DNA of 64,000 nt from Thalassospira sp. Its GTDB lineage: Bacteria > Pseudomonadota > Alphaproteobacteria > Rhodospirillales > Thalassospiraceae. Location of the stretch: NCBI GenBank assembly GCA_048264285.1, contig JBLXDD010000018.1, positions 5,945-69,944 on the forward strand, read 5' to 3'. The position numbers and the translations under genes are program-made. The notes beneath the pieces are model-generated. The model ran no database searches. It had not been told where the DNA came from and saw nothing but the letters and a program-made list of their open reading frames with translations. Shown here in pieces: positions 1-9,455 of the stretch (the first letter of the stretch is position 1; each line of letters starts with the position of its first letter).

Positions 1-264
1 CGTCTGGATGACATTTCTTCTGATGGCATGCAGCTGATTGCCGACATCGTTGATGTTTATGGCAACTATCCGAACTGGTCGACCGAAGTCCTTGTGGCGT
101 CCGCGCGCGGCCCGCAGCACGTTGTCGACTCGGCCCGTCTGGGTGCTGACGTTGTCACCATCCCGCCGCAGGTTCTTGGTCAGCTGACCAAACACCCGCT
201 GACCGACAAAGGCCTTGAAGCCTTCCTTGCTGATTGGGAAAAAACCGGCCAGTCGATCCTCTGA
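1..264 (+). CDS. transaldolase / fructose-6-phosphate aldolase family (short type), C-terminal part; 5' end outside window
   Basis: Frame 1 is open from nt 1 ([13 protein letters not shown]...). The tail ...[52 protein letters not shown] is typical of short transaldolase/Fsa C-termini. Hairpins follow. Confidence 0.75.
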   Translation, partial: RLDDISSDGMQLIADIVDVYGNYPNWSTEVLVASARGPQHVVDSARLGADVVTIPPQVLGQLTKHPLTDKGLEAFLADWEKTGQSIL

Positions 265-330
265 TTTCGGATCGCTGATCGCGACAGGCATATAAAAACC
301 CGCATCGCGCGCGGTTTTTAACATGCATTT

Positions 331-370
331 AACCCGGCTGCCCCCATTGTGGCAGCCGGGTTATTTGTTT
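331..370 (+). terminator. intrinsic terminator after the transaldolase-like gene
   Basis: Perfect 12-bp stem aacccggctgcc/ggcagccgggtt with an 8-nt loop, followed by atttgttt. A weaker hairpin lies just upstream at about 290-320. Confidence 0.7.
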
Positions 371-392
371 CTCACTTTTCAAGCCGGAACCG

Positions 393-1082
393 ATGGAAAA
401 GACAGCTTTGCGCGCCGATGATGTGGCGGAATACCTTGCCGAACATCCCGAATTCTTCACAACGCGCCCGGACTTGCTTGAAAGTCTTGATCTGCCGACG
501 CGCGAACTGGGCAACGGCGTTGCCGACATGCAGCAATATATCGTTGCCCGCCTGCGCGACGAGCGTGAAAAGCTGCGCGGAGCAACCAGCGAGCTGATCA
601 ATATTTCCAAATCCAATCTGGAAACCCAAAGCCGTATTCACCGTGCGGTTCTGGCGCTTTTGAATGCACGCGGGTTTGAAACCTTTGTCGAAGCACTTCA
701 GGATCTTGTGCCCGAATTGCTTGATCTTGATACCATTGCGCTGTGTTTTGAAGAATGCGATGAGGCCCCGGTGCCGAGCTGTGACGGCCGGGTGCGGCGC
801 CTTGTTACTGGCGCGGTTGATCAGGTATTGGGCGACGAACAGGATGTCTGGCTGTTGCCAGATGATGCCGGGGATGAGGCAATCTTTGGCCCCAAAGCAT
901 CCGAAATCCGGTCTGCGGCGATTGTACGTCTTGCCCCTTTTTATGGTGACCCGGTCGGATTGGTGGCCTTTGGCGTCAAGGAGCCCGATTATTTCAGCCC
1001 CGCACAGGCCCATGACCTGATCATGTTCCTGGCCTCGGTGATCGAATTTGGTGTGCGTCGATGGCTGACTCAAACGGTCTGA
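393..1082 (+). CDS. DUF484 family protein
   Basis: 229-aa ORF with an ATG start. It overlaps the following recombinase gene by 22 nt. The position immediately upstream of xerC and the N-terminus (ADDVAEYLAEHPEFF) fit the DUF484 family as I recall it. Confidence 0.65.
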   Translation: MEKTALRADDVAEYLAEHPEFFTTRPDLLESLDLPTRELGNGVADMQQYIVARLRDEREKLRGATSELINISKSNLETQSRIHRAVLALLNARGFETFVEALQDLVPELLDLDTIALCFEECDEAPVPSCDGRVRRLVTGAVDQVLGDEQDVWLLPDDAGDEAIFGPKASEIRSAAIVRLAPFYGDPVGLVAFGVKEPDYFSPAQAHDLIMFLASVIEFGVRRWLTQTV

Positions 1083-2011
1083 CCGCCATTACCCTGCCAC
1101 AAGATGTTCGCGACGCCATTGCCGACTGGCGTGGCTGGCTTGCCAATGAGCGCCGCGCATCGAACCACACGACAGAAAACTATCTGGCTGATCTCTATGC
1201 CTTTTTGGGGTTCGTGCAGAACCATCTTGGCGACACACCGAATCTGCGTGATCTTTTACGCCTCAATCCGCGTGACTTTCGAAGCTGGCTGGCCCGGCGC
1301 AGCATGGATGGCATGGCCAAGACATCCACCGCCCGCGCCCTTTCAAGCTTGCGCAATTTTTACCGGTTCCTTGAACGATCCGGGCGCGGGCAAAATGCCG
1401 CCGTGCAATCCATCCGCAACCCCCGCCTGCCGCAATCAACGCCCAAGCCGCTGGCCCCGGATGATGCCATGGCAGTCCTTGAAAATGCCGATGCCTGGCA
1501 GGATGAACCGTGGCTTGGCAAACGCAACCTTGCCCTTTTCACCCTGCTGTACGGTTGCGGATTGCGTATTTCCGAGGCACTTGATTTAAATGCCAATCAA
1601 CGCCCGACCGGGGATTCGATGGTGATCACGGGTAAAGGCAACAAACAGCGCCTTGTCCCTGTTCTGCCCGTCGTACGCGATGCGATCGAGGATTATATCC
1701 GCATCTGCCCCTATGCACCCGATGGGGACGATCCGTTGTTCCTTGGTGCGCGCGGCAAACGCCTTGTTGCACAGGTGGCCCAACGTGAAATGCGCAAGGT
1801 GCGCGAACTTTTAAACCTGCCAGATAGTGCCACGCCACATGCGCTTCGCCATTCATTTGCCACCCACCTTTTGGCGGGCGGGGGTGATTTGCGCACCATT
1901 CAGGATTTGCTGGGCCACGCATCCCTTTCCACGACCCAGCGTTACACCGCGGTCGATACCGAACAATTGATGGCGGTCTATAACGGCACCCATCCGCGCG
2001 CGCGTCGCTAA
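1061..2011 (+). CDS. xerC: site-specific tyrosine recombinase XerC
   Basis: C-terminal catalytic signature ...HALRHSFATHLLAGGGDLRTIQDLLGHASLSTTQRYT. 316 aa. DUF484-xerC synteny. XerC versus XerD cannot be settled without alignment. Confidence 0.85.
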   Translation: MADSNGLTAITLPQDVRDAIADWRGWLANERRASNHTTENYLADLYAFLGFVQNHLGDTPNLRDLLRLNPRDFRSWLARRSMDGMAKTSTARALSSLRNFYRFLERSGRGQNAAVQSIRNPRLPQSTPKPLAPDDAMAVLENADAWQDEPWLGKRNLALFTLLYGCGLRISEALDLNANQRPTGDSMVITGKGNKQRLVPVLPVVRDAIEDYIRICPYAPDGDDPLFLGARGKRLVAQVAQREMRKVRELLNLPDSATPHALRHSFATHLLAGGGDLRTIQDLLGHASLSTTQRYTAVDTEQLMAVYNGTHPRARR

Positions 2012-2099
2012 AACGCCCCGCAGGAAACGTTTTGCATTCCGGTGCGTTGAACGCATAGACACAGCTCTCAGGCTCAGGACCTAGAAAAGAGATCAGACA

Positions 2100-2405
2100 A
2101 TGAAGCTATTTCGTTCCCGCCGATTTGATGCCAGCCCGCGCCATCGCAAGGTTTATAGCGCCTATGAAATCGCCTATTCGATGATCGACCTTCTGGCAGC
2201 CATCCTGTTCATTGTCGGCAGCATCCTGTTTCTTGACGATGAAACGGTCAAAGCCGGGACGTGGTTGTTTATCATTGGATCGGTGTTCTTTGCCGGGCGT
2301 CCTGCTGTGCGGCTTGCCCGTGAATTGCATCTGGCCGGACTGGGTGACGAGGGACAACCCGACACGGTGAAACCGACGACGGCCCGCAACCGCGCGGGAT
2401 CTTGA
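2100..2405 (+). CDS. YrhK-like small membrane protein
   Basis: 101 aa with two hydrophobic helices. The pattern YEIAYSMIDLLAAILFIVGSILFL...AGTWLFIIGSVFFAGRPAVRLARELH resembles Bacillus YrhK. Confidence 0.6.
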   Translation: MKLFRSRRFDASPRHRKVYSAYEIAYSMIDLLAAILFIVGSILFLDDETVKAGTWLFIIGSVFFAGRPAVRLARELHLAGLGDEGQPDTVKPTTARNRAGS

Positions 2406-2491
2406 AAATCTTTTCGTAAAATTTCGGTTCCTAGGGATCGCCTTTCGCCCTTACACTGCGCGCAAACATTTGATTAGCCCGGAGGAAAATC

Positions 2492-3097
2492 ATGATCTTG
2501 CGCTCCAGTGATCCGTCACCGTTTGGTCGGAAAGTCAAAATCGTTGCCAAGATGCTTGGTATTTATGACCAGCTGACAGTCGAAATGTCCAATACCAACG
2601 ATCCGGCCGATACCCTGCGCCAACAAAACCCGCTGGGTAAAATTCCGATCCTGATCCTTGATGATGGCCGCAAGATTTTCGACAGCCGCGTAATCTGTGA
2701 ATATCTTGATGCACAGGTCGATGGTGCTACCCTGCACCCGACCGAAAGCGATGCACGCTGGGAGGCACTTACCCTTCAGGCACTTGGCGATGGCATTGTC
2801 GATGCATCAATCCTGCAGGTTTATGAAACCCGCATGCGCCCGGAAGATAAACGCCATGAAGACTGGCTGTCCTATCAGGCCGACAAGGTAAAACGATCCC
2901 TTGACCACCTGAGCACCAATCCCCCGTCACTTGCAGGTGAGCTGACGATTGGCCATGTCGCGATTGCCTGTGCGCTGGGTTATCTTGATTTGCGTTTCGA
3001 CGGCAAATGGCGTGAAAGCTACCCGACGCTGGTCACATGGCTTGACACCTTTGACGCGCGCGTTCCGGCCTTTGCGGCCACCAAATTTGTCGGCTGA
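2492..3097 (+). CDS. glutathione S-transferase family protein
   Basis: 201 aa with GGAGGA 7 nt before the ATG. N-terminal thioredoxin-like GST pattern (SPFGRKV..., NPLGKIPILILDDG, IFDSRVICEYLD). Confidence 0.8.
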   Translation: MILRSSDPSPFGRKVKIVAKMLGIYDQLTVEMSNTNDPADTLRQQNPLGKIPILILDDGRKIFDSRVICEYLDAQVDGATLHPTESDARWEALTLQALGDGIVDASILQVYETRMRPEDKRHEDWLSYQADKVKRSLDHLSTNPPSLAGELTIGHVAIACALGYLDLRFDGKWRESYPTLVTWLDTFDARVPAFAATKFVG

Positions 3098-3200
3098 TAA
3101 AAGATCTTTGGCGCAAGTTGGCGTCAGTTGCTTGCGCCAACGGTCAAAGCCGTTAAATCAAGTGCTTACCTTCTAAACACAACCCGGAGCCTTTTGCACA

Positions 3201-3692
3201 ATGTCCCGTCTCAATAGCGTTATCCGCCGCCTGCAAGCCCAACGCGATTGCCTGAATGCGGCCGCAGAAATGATCAAGGACCAGGACGGGATCGTGCTTG
3301 AGGTCGGGCTGGGCAATGGTCGCACCTTTGATCATTTGCGCGAAATCATGCCAGAGCGCGAGATTTTCGTCTTTGACCGCCAGATCGCCGCCCACCCGAA
3401 ATGCATCCCCGATGACGACCATCTGTTTCTTGGCGATATCTTTGAAACCCTGCCCAAGGCGGTTGAACGTTTCAAAGGCAAGGTCGCCCTGGTTCATTCC
3501 GATGTCGGCACCGGGGACGAGGCGCTTAATGCCAAGATCGCGGCTTTTATCGGATCAACCCTGCCACCGGCCCTGATGGTCGGGGCGATTGTTGCATCGG
3601 ATCAGAAAATCGACGTCCCGGGCACAATTGCCGAACCACTGCCCGAAGGCGTTCCAAAAGATCGCTATTTCTTCCGCCGTTATCAGGGCTAA
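3201..3692 (+). CDS. small class I SAM-dependent methyltransferase-like protein
   Basis: 163 aa. Gly-rich motif-I-like VLEVGLGNGRTFDHL followed by VFD and LGD acidic loops. Function unknown. Confidence 0.5.
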   Translation: MSRLNSVIRRLQAQRDCLNAAAEMIKDQDGIVLEVGLGNGRTFDHLREIMPEREIFVFDRQIAAHPKCIPDDDHLFLGDIFETLPKAVERFKGKVALVHSDVGTGDEALNAKIAAFIGSTLPPALMVGAIVASDQKIDVPGTIAEPLPEGVPKDRYFFRRYQG

Positions 3693-3761
3693 TATCGCGC
3701 CCAGTTTTGGAATTGGTTCTGCACCCGCAGGGCCCCTATCAGCATCTTAGGAAATCGTGCC

Positions 3762-5150
3762 GTGGCCACCGCAAACGCCCCATCGCCCAGTGGAAGTCAA
3801 TTGTCCGAAGCACAGGACTTTCTGACCAAATATCCCGATATTGATGCCATCGACATTATCCTGACCGACTTTCACGGCATTGGCCGGGGCAAGACGATCC
3901 GCCGCCACGAACTTGAAAGCATCTATAAATCCGGGCGCGGATTGCCGAGTTCGATCTTCGGGCAGGATGTTAGTGGCGAAGATGTCGATGATTGCGGCCT
4001 TGTCCAGACTGGTGGCGGCGGGGATTGCCGTTGCTGGCCGGTGCCGGGCACACTTGGTTATCTGCCCCATACCGGGCGCGGGCAGCTTTTGATTTCGATG
4101 TATGAAGAAGACGGCACCCCGCATGATGTTGACCCGCGTCATGTGTTCGGAGCACAGCTCAAACGTGCGCAAAATCTTGGATTTTATCCGATGGGCGCGT
4201 TTGAACTTGAATTTTATCTGGTCGATCAGGCCCCGGATGCAGAAGGATTTTATTACCCCGCATCCTATGCCATCACCAAACGGCGCAGCAAATTGCGCAA
4301 TACCATGTCGGTCGATGAAATTGACGAGATGTCGCCACTTTTTGATGCGGTTTACGAAGGCGCAAAGCATCTTGATCTGACGCTGGAAACCCTGATTTCG
4401 GAATATGGCCCCGGCCAGTATGAGATGACCATCCGTTACCGGGATCTGATGCGGGCCGCCGACGATGTGATCATTGCCAAACGCCTGATCCGCACTGTGG
4501 CGCGGCGCTTTGGCAAAGAAGCGGTCTTTATGCCCAAACCATTTGGCAATGAAGCCGGATCGGGCATGCATTTGCATCTGTCTCTTGCGAACAAGGATGG
4601 CAATAACCTGTTTGCAGATCAGGCTGACGGGGCGCTCAGCCCGCTTATGCTCAATGCGATTGGCGGTGTTCGCGGCACGATTGGCGAAACCATGTTGATC
4701 CTTGCCCCGTTCATGAATTCGTGGCGTCGCTTTGCATCCGCAATGTATTCACCCGCATCTGATGACTGGGGTGTTGAAAACCGCACCGTGGCACTGCGCG
4801 TGCCAGGCACACCGGGCAAAACGCGCCATTTCGAACACCGCATCGCAGGGGTTGATGCCAACCCCTATCTGGTTGCGGCTGTGACCCTGGGCGCGGCACT
4901 TGACGGGATCGAAGGCAAAGTCGATCCGGGCAAACCATGCGAAGATGAAATCGGCGAAGCAAAGGCACCAAACGATCTGCCGCGTCATTGGCTTGAGGCG
5001 ATTGATCGGTTCGGGGCATCGGATTTCAACAAACGCACGCTGGGGAACCGTTTCCACACCGCGTTCACGAAAATCAAACAGGCCGAATACGAACAGATGG
5101 CGCTGAAGGTTTCGCCAGCAGAGTGGGAATATTACGGATTTTCCGTTTGA
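3762..5150 (+). CDS. glutamine synthetase family protein (gamma-glutamyl-amine synthetase / PuuA-like)
   Basis: 462 aa with a GTG start. GS catalytic-domain motifs (FELEFYL, KPFGNEAGSGMHLHLSL, NRTVALRVP, EHRIAGVDANPYL). Confidence 0.85.
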   Translation: MATANAPSPSGSQLSEAQDFLTKYPDIDAIDIILTDFHGIGRGKTIRRHELESIYKSGRGLPSSIFGQDVSGEDVDDCGLVQTGGGGDCRCWPVPGTLGYLPHTGRGQLLISMYEEDGTPHDVDPRHVFGAQLKRAQNLGFYPMGAFELEFYLVDQAPDAEGFYYPASYAITKRRSKLRNTMSVDEIDEMSPLFDAVYEGAKHLDLTLETLISEYGPGQYEMTIRYRDLMRAADDVIIAKRLIRTVARRFGKEAVFMPKPFGNEAGSGMHLHLSLANKDGNNLFADQADGALSPLMLNAIGGVRGTIGETMLILAPFMNSWRRFASAMYSPASDDWGVENRTVALRVPGTPGKTRHFEHRIAGVDANPYLVAAVTLGAALDGIEGKVDPGKPCEDEIGEAKAPNDLPRHWLEAIDRFGASDFNKRTLGNRFHTAFTKIKQAEYEQMALKVSPAEWEYYGFSV

Positions 5151-5305
5151 TCTTCCATGCGCGGGACATATTGCGAGGGTTCTTGGAGCTGTCGATCAGT
5201 AGTTCAATTTCAAACCGAGCACGTCGCTGGCAGAAATGGGATTGACTTCCTTTTATCCCAAGCTCGCCCAAAAGACAGACTACGTGCAATTGAGCGTTTT
5301 GATTT

Positions 5306-5626
5306 TTGGAGTGCAATTTTTTGCCAAAACTAGACAGACTGATCGGACACACGATCAATGGCTTCGAAAAAATTCATGACTACGTCCAAGTGTCTTTTTC
5401 AGAAGGTTCGACTCTCAGCATCTTCAGTAAGAAGACTCTGGTTAGATACTTGCACGAGAACATAAAGGGCCTTCGTGTAGTCGCCATTCAGTAAACAAGT
5501 AGTTCTGTGGATTTTGCATTCGACAAGGAATGCTATCCGTCTATCAGCCTACTTGAGTGCGACTACAATGGCCCCGAGGCTATGGCGCTCGACCACGAGA
5601 GCCATCCCACAACAGTCTGGCGCTAA
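5306..5626 (+). pseudogene. small orphan ORF interrupted by an in-frame TAA (5492-5494); no ATG start
   Basis: The track ORF 5306-5494 starts at TTG and stops at TAA. The same frame continues for 43 more codons (TSSSVDFAFDKECYPSISLLECDYNGPEAMALDHESHPTTVWR) to a TAA at 5624-5626. The two halves repeat one pattern: hydrophobic strand, then F-x-x-G/E-x-x-(L/P)-S-I. Confidence 0.45.
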
Positions 5627-5730
5627 TTGACAAATAACACGGAGAGCGCAAAAAAAGGGGGCTGCTCAATGTTTATTGTAGTCAGGGCTTTGCAAAACCT
5701 AAGCCTGCTAGGATAGAGGTATAAATAATA

Positions 5731-6054
5731 ATGGAGACGAAGATCAGGTTTTTTGCCATTCGAGCTCTAGCATTATTAGGTCTGCTAATCGTAACTGGAT
5801 GCGATGATGAGAAATCGGCTCTGGAAATGCAGATCAGCGAGGCGCTGCCAATCGGAACACCTAGCGCTGAGGTAGAGGTGTTTTTGAAAGAGAAGCGCTG
5901 GAAGTACAATTACATCAAAGAGTACAATGCTTTCCGCGCCTCCTTGCCTGAGGAAGCGGAAAATCTGCTCATACGGCATCAGATCAAGATTTATCTCGAT
6001 GAAAGCGGACGAGTCACTTCAATAGAAATAGAGGAATGGACAAATCTTCTTTAG
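5731..6054 (+). CDS. hypothetical lipoprotein
   Basis: 107 aa. Signal peptide plus lipobox (LLGLLIVTGC-DDE). AT-rich codon usage unlike its neighbours. No family recognised. Confidence 0.55.
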   Translation: METKIRFFAIRALALLGLLIVTGCDDEKSALEMQISEALPIGTPSAEVEVFLKEKRWKYNYIKEYNAFRASLPEEAENLLIRHQIKIYLDESGRVTSIEIEEWTNLL

Positions 6055-6282
6055 TTCTAAATTGGTGAAAACACGGATAGATTTTTCCATAAATTAGGAC
6101 AGCCCAAGAATATTCGGTGTAAGGCAACCATATTACATTGCCTCCTAATAATAAGCGCATGTGCTACTTTGGACTCTCTCTGGGATGACCCGAACATTGA
6201 TGCCCCCAGAAAAAGCGTACACGAACACGGGAAGATTCATTTTCTGATGTCAGCCGAATTACCTCTATGAGGCATGGCATCG

Positions 6283-6522
6283 TCAGTAGGTCAGGTCCAA
6301 ACCAAGGAAGTTGCTGAGTGCCAGAGTGATCCCCCCCACGACAAAGAGTGCGAGCACGAAGACGCCGGTGATCTTGGCGCTAGCGCGCAGGACTGCCTGT
6401 CTTCCGTATTTTTGACCTTGGTCGTAATGCCACTTGATGGCGAAGAACATCGCGGTCAGCAGAGCGACAACCTTGAACGTGCCAAAGGCAATCGGAACCC
6501 AATCCATAACAAAGACTTTCAT
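6283..6522 (-). CDS. hypothetical small membrane protein (2 TM)
   Basis: 79 aa with two clear hydrophobic helices (WVPIAFGTFKVVALLTAMFFAI; ITGVFVLALFVVGGITLAL). No obvious RBS. Confidence 0.4.
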   Translation of the reverse strand: MKVFVMDWVPIAFGTFKVVALLTAMFFAIKWHYDQGQKYGRQAVLRASAKITGVFVLALFVVGGITLALSNFLGLDLTY

Positions 6523-6707
6523 TTGCAGCAGTTATGGATGTTATGGGCGCATCTTGGCTCAAGGCAAACTTCCCATTCTGCAACCCTGTCATGAAACAGA
6601 AGGTCACACCGGGAAGATCGGCTACTGAACGGGAATATATGGGATTTTCAGATGAAAGTGCCGTCTGGTCAGATTGCTCTGACCAGGACTATCGGCAGCG
6701 TGAAGCG

Positions 6708-7034
6708 CTAGGACGCGCGCTTTGCACGATTGTTTGATTTGCGCGCTGAGAAGGCCACTTGCGGGCGGGCATCCATGGTTTTCTGATCGCGGAGATATGC
6801 GACTTCAAGATCGCGGGGCTCGACACTGAGAACCCGTGAAGTGTCCGGGCGGTCAGAGTTCGTATTGAGGTGAATTTGCGTCGAAACCCACTGCCATGTC
6901 GGATAGGTCAGTTTTTCGTCCTGGGTTTCTTCGGTAATTACCTTATAAGACCCGGCCGGAAGGACTTCTGCAAGGCCGCGCAAACTGAACGGGCGGGTGA
7001 AATTCAAAATTTTCGAAGTGGTGCGATTGGTCAA
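6708..7034 (-). CDS. hypothetical protein
   Basis: 108 aa with a TTG start preceded by AAGGAG at 6-nt spacing. No recognisable domain. Confidence 0.55.
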   Translation of the reverse strand: MTNRTTSKILNFTRPFSLRGLAEVLPAGSYKVITEETQDEKLTYPTWQWVSTQIHLNTNSDRPDTSRVLSVEPRDLEVAYLRDQKTMDARPQVAFSARKSNNRAKRAS

Positions 7035-7261
7035 AAAAGGCTCCTTGCGCAGAAACGCATATTGGCCAGATCAGACCATCGGGGACATTCCCATGATCCA
7101 GAATCTGGCGGGGATTACAGACACGTCAAAGTTTTCGGATTAACAGCAGGCACGCACGCCCGGACCAATAAAATATTGGAAATTTGAAAATCAAAAAATA
7201 TCTTCAGTATTAACTATATAAATACTTTCAATTGATTTTCAACTTTATAATTTTTTATTCA

Positions 7262-7279
7262 TTCTATTGAACAATAGAA
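7262..7279. promoter_or_regulatory. inverted repeat TTCTATTG-aa-CAATAGAA in an extremely AT-rich tract upstream of nadA
   Basis: Perfect 8-bp arms with a 2-nt spacer, about 230 nt upstream of the nadA ATG. Confidence 0.3.
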
Positions 7280-7508
7280 ACAATTTTACATCGCCCGCAA
7301 AATACACGCCATTCAATTATTAAACTTGGAAATCCCCCTCATTTTCAGGATCACCATTGACTTGCCCCCTCAATATCGGATCGTGCGCCCCCAATTCCTT
7401 GCCATCCCCGGCCAATGGCGATATTCAGGTCTCAAACTGTCATTAACTTGCGATGCCGGGCCCCGCGCATTATCTCCGGCTTGCAAACAGGCGAGATGAG
7501 AAAACGCC

Positions 7509-8531
7509 ATGAATGAAATGATCACCATTGCCGAGGCATCTGCCGACGCAATGTCGGAAATGCAGATTGATCCCACCCTTGATCTGGAAGCTGAGATCCA
7601 GCGCCTGAAAAAGGAAAAGAACGCGATCATTCTGGCCCATTACTATCAGGATGGGGAAATTCAGGATCTTGCCGACTTTGTCGGTGACAGCCTTGATTTG
7701 TCGCGCAAGGCCGCCGCTACCGATGCCGATGTCATCGTGTTCTGCGGTGTGCGCTTCATGGCCGAGGTTGCCAAAATCCTCAGCCCGGAAAAAACCGTTC
7801 TGCTACCTGATTCCAAGGCGGGTTGCTCGCTTGAGGATTCCTGTCAGCCAGAACCGTTCCGCAAATTCCGCGAACAACATCCTGATCACGTATCGGTCAC
7901 CTATATCAACTGCTCGGCCGAGGTGAAAGCCGCGTCCGATATTATCGTGACCTCGTCCAATGCGGCCGAGATCATCGATCAGATCCCGCTTGATAAACCG
8001 ATCCTGTGGGCGCCCGACCGCCATCTTGGTTCCTATCTTGCCAAGAAAACCGGTCGTGAGATGACGCTTTGGAACGGGTCATGCATCGTGCATGAACAGT
8101 TTTCCGAACGTGAGCTGATCCGCCTCAAGACCCAGAACCCGGATGCCAAGATCGCAGCCCACCCGGAATGCCATGACGGTATTCTCAAACATGCCGATCA
8201 TATCGGGTCAACCCGCGCCATTCTGGAATATGTGATCAACGGCCCGGATCAGAAATACCTGATCGCGACCGAACCCCACATCATTCACCAGATGGAAAAG
8301 GCCGCCCCGAACAAGGAATTCATTCCGGTACCGGGTGCAGATGGATCATGTGCGTGCAACAACTGCCCGTTCATGGAACTCAACACGCTTGAGAAACTTT
8401 ATCTGTGTCTGGTCAATAACGGCCCACAGATCGTCATGCCCGAAGATTTGCGCGTCAATGCGGTCAAGCCGCTTGAACGCATGCTGGAAATGTCAAAAAA
8501 CATTCCGGTCAAAAAAGACGACGCGGCCTAA
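7509..8531 (+). CDS. nadA: quinolinate synthase NadA
   Basis: 340 aa. Typical NadA segments ([56 protein letters not shown]). Confidence 0.95.
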   Translation: MNEMITIAEASADAMSEMQIDPTLDLEAEIQRLKKEKNAIILAHYYQDGEIQDLADFVGDSLDLSRKAAATDADVIVFCGVRFMAEVAKILSPEKTVLLPDSKAGCSLEDSCQPEPFRKFREQHPDHVSVTYINCSAEVKAASDIIVTSSNAAEIIDQIPLDKPILWAPDRHLGSYLAKKTGREMTLWNGSCIVHEQFSERELIRLKTQNPDAKIAAHPECHDGILKHADHIGSTRAILEYVINGPDQKYLIATEPHIIHQMEKAAPNKEFIPVPGADGSCACNNCPFMELNTLEKLYLCLVNNGPQIVMPEDLRVNAVKPLERMLEMSKNIPVKKDDAA

Positions 8532-8545
8532 GCCGATCCTATTCA

Positions 8546-8570
8546 CAGCCCCGCAAATCTTGCGGGGCTG
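8546..8570 (+). terminator. hairpin between nadA and nadC (possible attenuator or weak terminator)
   Basis: 10-bp perfect stem cagccccgca/tgcggggctg with a 5-nt loop, followed by ttcttcatc (poor U-tract). Confidence 0.45.
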
Positions 8571-8609
8571 TTCTTCATCTCTTCCAAGTTTTCAAAGCGC
8601 CAAGTCACC

Positions 8610-9449
8610 ATGACCGTTCTGACCCAAGCTGAAATTTCGGAATTCATTGATCGTGCCTTTGCCGAGGATATCGGCACTGGTGACATCACATCAGACAATG
8701 TGATCCCTGCGGATGCGCGCCTGCGCGTGGCCCTTGAAACCCGCGAGGACATCGTTGTCGCCGGGCTTGATATCGCCCTTGAATGCTTCCGCAAACTGGT
8801 CCCTGATGCAAAGATTGAAAAACGTTGCAAAGATGGGGACGCGATTGCAGCCAAGGATATTCTGGCCGTGGTCGAAGGCAATGCGCGCGGCATCCTGACC
8901 GCAGAGCGTACCGCCCTGAACACCTTGCAACATCTTTCGGGCATTGCCACCACAACGCGCACCTATGTTGCGGCAATGGGTGAGGCCAAGGCGAAGCTTC
9001 TTGATACCCGCAAAACATTGCCCGGCTGGCGCAAACTTGAAAAATACGCCACCCGCATGGGTGGTGCACAAAACCACCGCATGGGGCTTTATGACGGGGT
9101 AATGATCAAGGACAACCATATCGGCGTTGTCGGATCGATCACCAGATGCGTTGAAGCGGCCCGTGCCGCAAACCTGCCCAAGATCGAGGTGGAATGTGAT
9201 ACCCTTGAACAAGTCAAGGAAGCCGCAGAAGCCGGGGCAGATATCATCCTGCTGGACAATATGGGTCCGAGTATGTTGCGCGCAGCGGTTGCAATTGTTG
9301 ACGGTCGCTGCAAGACTGAAGCTTCGGGGGGTGTGAACCTTCAGACCATCGGGGCGATCGCCGCAACCGGGGTCGATTATGTTTCCGTCGGACGGATTAC
9401 CCAGTCCGCACCCGCCGTTGATATTGGACTTGATGTCGCAATCCTGTGA
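8610..9449 (+). CDS. nadC: nicotinate-nucleotide diphosphorylase (carboxylating) NadC
   Basis: 279 aa. QPRTase motifs (ERTALNTLQHLSGIAT, LLDTRKTLPGWR, KYATRMGGAQNHRMGLYDGVMIKDNH, ILLDNM). Confidence 0.95.
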   Translation: MTVLTQAEISEFIDRAFAEDIGTGDITSDNVIPADARLRVALETREDIVVAGLDIALECFRKLVPDAKIEKRCKDGDAIAAKDILAVVEGNARGILTAERTALNTLQHLSGIATTTRTYVAAMGEAKAKLLDTRKTLPGWRKLEKYATRMGGAQNHRMGLYDGVMIKDNHIGVVGSITRCVEAARAANLPKIEVECDTLEQVKEAAEAGADIILLDNMGPSMLRAAVAIVDGRCKTEASGGVNLQTIGAIAATGVDYVSVGRITQSAPAVDIGLDVAIL

Positions 9450-9455
9450 GGGCGC

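Noticed and set aside
1061-2011. Tyrosine recombinase as a possible phage or integrative-element integrase.
   Set aside because: The DUF484-xerC arrangement and the XerC/D-type C-terminal motifs indicate the chromosomal dimer-resolution recombinase. No att-like repeats or mobile genes are nearby.
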